A stretch of 32,000 nucleotides of DNA from Candidatus Omnitrophota bacterium (lineage in GTDB: Bacteria > Omnitrophota > Gorgyraeia > Zapsychrales > JANLHA01): contig OY759724.1 in NCBI GenBank assembly GCA_963662715.1, positions 1,260,001-1,292,000 on the forward strand, read 5' to 3'. Position numbers and translations under genes: made by a program. This document shows positions 24,001-30,000 of the stretch, piece after piece. Each line of letters starts with the position of its first letter. Position 1 is the stretch's first letter. The notes under the pieces are model-generated. The model made no database searches. It was given only the letters and a program-made list of their open reading frames with translations, and was not told the DNA's origin.

Positions 24001-27000
24001 CACTCCCTGTCTCTTCTGCGGATTCAGCTGCCGAAAAAACATCTTCCAGCTCAATCCCCAAACCTTCCAACTCATCTAAAATTTGCGCCAATCTGACACT
24101 TTTTTCCGCAAAATGATCTGTCTCAGGAGAAAGATTCCCCCCAGCGGCAACTAAGCTTTCAAAAGTCACACCTATAGCCGCCAGATTATCTTTAATGCGT
24201 GTTAACCTTTCAGCAGCCGTTCTTTTACTGGAAAAACGGGAAAATATCGCCCCGGAAACCAACTCAGGGCTTAATGTTCCGTCCGGATTTGCTATCCGGC
24301 CATAATATGCTTTTGCAAGAAATGCCGTTGGGCTGGTATGAGAGTCTAATATTCCGCCGGTTAAATCAGCATAAGAAATACCGTTTCCTTTTGCTATGGC
24401 CCGCACCATAACACCGTCTCCGGGGTCTACAGGCGACATATTGTCTTGCAGAACAATCGGATTCTCTTCTGATCCGCCAAAAGCAAAATCCGTCCGCAAT
24501 TGCCCTTGGCCAGTCTCATCTACAAAACCGCTGCCCATGAAACTGAAAACATTCGTTCCCATGTCATTGACAGTGGCCAATTCCGTATCTTCAGCTATAT
24601 CATATTTTGCATAAAGTTTTTTGACAGAAGCGTCATACTCAGCTTGTGTAGGAACTCCTGCTTCCTCATTTACTGAAGAGGCCCCGGAAAAAGCGACCTT
24701 TATCTGCCCATCTACCTCTTTAATATCCAGCCCATCTAATGCAATACCGCTGGCTTCCAGAGCTTCAAGAACTCCCGCTTTCTTTTCTTCATCCCAAGCT
24801 GTCCCTTCCTGGCCTTCCAAAGCGCTATAAAAAGTGATCTCGCCCTGCCCGGATAAAGCGGCTAAAATAGCGTCATTAACATCCTCTGTTTTCAGCGGGG
24901 CTGTTTCTTGTCTTTCTTCCTTCTTTACTGAAGAGGCTCCGGAAAAAGCGACCTTTATTTGCCCATCTACCTCTTTAATATCCAGCCCATCTAATGCAAT
25001 ACCGCTGGCTTCCAGGGCTTCAAGAACTCCCGCTTTCTTTTCTTCATCCCAGGTTGTCCCTTCCTCAGCATCCAAGCTGCCATAAAAAGCGATCTCTCCC
25101 TGTCCGGATAAAGCGGCGGAAATAGCGTCATTGACATTCTCTGTTTTTACCGGCTCTGATTCTTCTTCAGCCTCCGGCTGAGCAAGAGCTTTAATTTCCC
25201 GATTCAAAGCTATTTTATCATTCAGTGTTTCCCAATCCTGCCGGGTCATTCTTTCTTTAAAAAAGTTAACCGCAATGCTCGAGATATCGCTGTCTGCCGT
25301 GGTTGTCGCCAAAACATTGGTGATCAAATCTTTTATAGGGCCTTCGGCTATGGCCAAATCCATAACCGTTTCTTCCAAATTTCCCAGCGTATCAACAGCA
25401 TCAAGAGCTTCGGTAATTTCTTCAACAGCATCTGCCGAAAGTTCCGGGAAAATTTTGGCAAAAATAGCCTGCATGGCCACAGCTTCTACACCCAAAAGCT
25501 TTTTCTTTAATGTGCTGTTGACATTTCCATCCGCATTAGCTTTCTTAATATCTTCCAGGGTGATACCCAAGGCATTAAGCTCAGCCAGTTCTGCCGCAAC
25601 ATCCGCTGTTTCAACTTTACCTTCAGCAATGCCTTTAAGTGTCACGCCTTTTTCGTTGAGAGCAGTAACTATCTGGTCAAATCTTTCCGCTTTGGCCTTG
25701 ATATCCACAGCCATCTCCACTGGCCCCTTAGACTTGGAAGATACTCCCAGGTTTTCAAGGCTTGCCAAATGTTCGGCAAATTCCGGATCTTCTGCGGCCA
25801 ACCCATCCAAAACAGAAGGTTCCGAAGTATCTTCCACCAAGTCGGTTTTATTCAATTCTTCCACCAAAGCAACTAATTTCTCGGTTCTCTCTTCTTCTGA
25901 AAGATTGGCTATATCAGCAAGGCCATATTTTTGAATAACAGCCTGGATATTTTTCACTCTAATGGAATATCCCGCAATAGAGTCCAAGCTGGCTTGATTC
26001 AAAGCATCTTTAAAACCCACATAACTCGTACTCATCAGATGATCAACGCCTTTTTCTCCGCTTTCTTTTACAATTTGATACTTAGAAGTAGACGTTGTTC
26101 TTTCTCCGATAAGGATGTCATCATCTGTTGTGAAAAGATCTCCCGCAATATTCCAACTGGCTTTTCCAGATCCTTCCCAAAGAGGGCCGGAATCCACTAA
26201 CTGAGACCTAGTTACTTTCTCCGCCAAACTTGCCTCCATAGTAGTCAATCTGGTCTTTTTCGGAGTAATATCTCTTTCAGTACTTAAAATAAGACTTTCA
26301 ATTTCATTTATTTTTTGCTCTATAGCTTGTTTTTGTTCGTCCGTTTTCGTTCCAGATTCAACCTGCTGCTCCAAATACGCTTTCTCTTCTTCTAATTTTG
26401 AAATTTTCGTTTCCAAGCCTTCAATTTCCGCTGATAAAGCAGAGACATCCTGTTTCATCTGTTCAACTCTGGCCTCATAACTCTCTCTGCCTTGTTCTTC
26501 TCTTTCTTTTTCAGACAAGCGATGCGCCTGAATGGATCTCACGACAGAAATATTCGGTTTCTTTTCCTTTTGATCTTTAGCGGATTCTTGTTCTTTGTCC
26601 GCATCCCCTTTATTTTGCTCCCTTTCTTTAACTTCCTCAGAATCATCAGAGCTTTCCGGAATATCATCTGCTTTTTCCTGATATGCCGGAGTGTCTATGG
26701 GCTTCTCTGTTAAAGCTATTTCCGGAACCTCATAACCCGAGTCTGATGTTGTTTCCGTTGCAGGAACAGCCAAGCTACTCCAGGAATCCAAGCCTCCTGT
26801 CAAAGTTTCAGAATTAAATGACCAACTCCCATCTGTCTCCTGGGTATAAACAGCATATCCCACATCCTCAAAGCCAAGACCCCAAGTCAAGTCATAGCCA
26901 TCACCCGCTCCGCCACCCATGTTCAGGGTTTCGGTTTCGTTCGTTTCCAAGATTTTTTCTTCATTTTCCGGCAAAACATCCGTGCCAAAAGTTAAGAATT

Positions 27001-30000
27001 CCGGCTGGGCTGCTGCTGTCTTTAGTGCTTCTTCATCAACAACAACTTCTTCGGGAATTTCAAAACCTTCAGCCGCATCAACGTCAACAGCGGTTTCTTC
27101 CGTTTTTGCAACAACTTCGGCGCTAGGCACGCCTTCAATTCCGGCGGCAGCAAGACCGACTACGGCATCAATCCCCGCCACGGTCACTTCTCCATCGGTT
27201 TGGACTTCCCGTTCTCCCTGCATTTCGTCCCCGACCACCGTGCCCAAGGATCTAATTTTCATAATGGTCGGATCAAAACCCAACTCTTCAGCCTCTTCTT
27301 TACTGAATTTTCTCCCATCATAAAGATATGCACCGCTTTCAGGATCATACGACATAAAACCGATATAATGACGTCCGGTAAGATTATCGGTCTGTCTGAA
27401 TGCCCGGCCCTTTGTCAAAATATGCTGAGAGGAACCAGTCCCTCGAACAAAAGGACTGGAACGAAAAGCGACTATAGGGGAAGACTCTCCCTCAGAATCT
27501 TTAGAAATTAATGCCTCAATTAAATTTTGCACATCCAGCTTCGTCAGCTTTACAGCCTCTTCTCCTTGCTCCAGATTACCGCTTTCTTCTTTTCCGGTGT
27601 CTTCTTCCATTTCAAAATAAACACTCAGCACCCCGTCCTCTAGCTCTCCAATGTGTAATCTATTTAAATTAACACCTTCTTCTTTTAGAGCTGTTACAAT
27701 TTTTCCCGTCTCTTCATCATCCCAAAACTCAGTTTTTTCTTCAGCTTTTAACCCGCCAAATTCAGCCACAGAACCAACCAAATCCGCATCAAACATCCAG
27801 TCCACAGGAAGAACACCGACAATACCAAACATAGCCGCTAAAGTCTTAACCCCCGGCCCCACCAAATCCCATAAACTATCTACAGTTACTAAATCATATT
27901 TAATATAATAAGGGGTTTCTGCCGTATTTTCACCAATCAAAATCTTTCGGCTTGCCTCGGTAAACGGATCTTTATGAAAAACAAATTTCGTTATTCCCTC
28001 AGAGGTGTTTTCTTTAAGGAAGCTTATTATAAAATCAAAAATTTGTTCCCTGGAGAGCGGCTCTGTTTCTTCCGTTGCACCCGCAAAAGAAACATTTAAA
28101 TTTCCTTCAATCTCTTTTATATCCAGACCTTCTAAAGAAATTCCTTCCGCTTCCAAAGCATTTAAAACCTCTTCCTTCTTTTCCTTGTTCCAGTCTGTTC
28201 CTCCCTCAAGCGCGGCCTCGGAAAAAACAACATCTCCTTCTTCCCCGGATAAAATAGCCGTGATCGCATCCATCACCTTTTCTTTTGCAACGGATTTTGT
28301 TGTTCCTTCGCTGTCCTCGCCTTCCTCAAAATAAACATCAAGCTGACCGTTCTGCAGTTCTCTAATACTCAATTCTTCCACATCCACGCCCTCTGCTTCC
28401 AAAGCTTTTAAAAGCTTCTCTTTTTTCCCGGATTTCCCCCATTCATCCTCCCGGGCAATCGGCCTGTAAGCAAAACCAAGGATATCCCTATATACCTTAA
28501 TATATCCGGGATCGCTGGAAACGGCAGAAGCCACATATTCAACACTGCGCTTAATATTTGAAATGGCAGAACCGGCTGCGGCCTGAGAAAAATTGTCAAC
28601 CCAGAAACCGATTTGATTATCCTCAACCATCAGAAGAAAAGACATCCCAACTTCTATGTTAATTTCTTCATCTGTCTTATCGGCATCCTTTAAATCATCC
28701 GAAACGGCATCACTGTCATCCCAGCCCCAGGCATACCAAGCATCCGGAGCATTATATCCGCCCTCTTGCTCTTTAGCTTCCTCTCTTTCCTTTTCAAGTT
28801 CTTCTCTTTTTTCCTGAGCCTTAAGAACCACATCCAAAGTAATACCACCCATATGAGCTAGTTCATCAGTATATGTGCTGAAATCAGAAAGACTGTTAAA
28901 AGACCCGCCTACCGGAGCTGCTGTCACCCAGTTGCCCACCAAATTTTGTCCAAAACGGATAAAAGAATCCCCCACGGTCTGCCAGAAAATAGAACCATAC
29001 TCGTTAGCTTCCTTATCGTTCTTATAATTCTCTCCGTCTTTGGCTGCTTCGCTTCCGTTGGCCGCATTATAGGAATTTTTAAAAGTTCCGGCTATGCTGG
29101 CGAACAATCCTTCTGTTATCACAGACCCCAAGAAAATCATAGTCGAAGCCCAAAACGTTTGAAACCTATCTTCCTTTTTCTTTACTTTTCCATTAGCATC
29201 CTTCTCAGAAAAATCATCTTCCGGGAATAGCCATTGTGCCAGAAGAACCGATATCGTTGTCTGTACAAGCCCTCGGACCATAGTCCCCCAGAACGAATTA
29301 TGAACAAAGGCAATATCTGCTGTTCCATTCCCATCCGTATCTAAAAGTTCAACCGGTGTTTTTCCGGTAATAATATTTTCAACATAAGCCTTTCCGTCTC
29401 CATCTTTATAGGGGTCTCCATTTTCATTTACTATTTTAGGATCATTCTTTTTATCTTCATCATCTAAATTATGATATTCACCCACATCTCCGCCATACCA
29501 AATTTCAGCCATTAAAGCCTGCCCTATAAGATTTCCAAATTGCCCAATCAGCTGGGACGCCATACTGCTACTATCAAAAGTATCTTTAAATAAAGACCTT
29601 AAAATATAATTCATCAGCCCTCCAGCCATACGCTGCAAGGCCATAAACCCAAGTTCCCCCAAGTTGACCATAAAAGAATTATATCCAGCTTTAGCAGTAT
29701 CAAAAGTGTTTTGCCAAAGATTCGCTTGCTCCTCAGGACTCATGTTAGGGTTATTGGCAAGAGCATCCTGCAGGGCGGCATTTGCCTCATTAGTAGCATA
29801 ATTTGTTTTAGATTTATCTGAATTATCACTCAGGCCAACCAATTCTCTGTTTCCCAGAGCGTCTGTGTCCCTGCTGGCTGGCTCATCAAACATAGCATCA
29901 GCAGCTGCATCCAACCCCATAACAACCAAACCTACAGCAATATCAGCCGCCAAAGAAGAAACCAACCCTACCACTACTGACTTGAGGACTTCGTCATCTA

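Noticed and set aside
24669-25178. Direct repeats at 24669..25178 and 7315..7542 as a possible CRISPR array or mobile-element ends.
   Set aside because: There are only two copies each, with periods of 255 and 138 nt that are multiples of three. They are in frame and encode conserved peptide. There is no repeat-spacer architecture, so these are coding tandem duplications.
25275-25934. The longest listed ORFs on the plus strand (25275..25934 219 aa, 7236..7787 183 aa, 6702..7184 160 aa, 23076..23513 145 aa, 16482..16910 142 aa) as possible genes.
   Set aside because: All lie antisense to the giant ORF. They are Ser/Leu/Ala/Phe-rich low-complexity translations typical of shadow ORFs, and their internal repeats simply mirror the sense-strand repeats.
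874-28626. Minus-strand listed ORFs (for example 874..1077, 2263..2463, 5695..5931, 16299..16622, 28408..28626).
   Set aside because: They are in the other two minus-strand frames, fully overlapped by the giant ORF, and have Arg/Leu/Ser-rich nonsense-like composition. I treat them as out-of-frame shadows.
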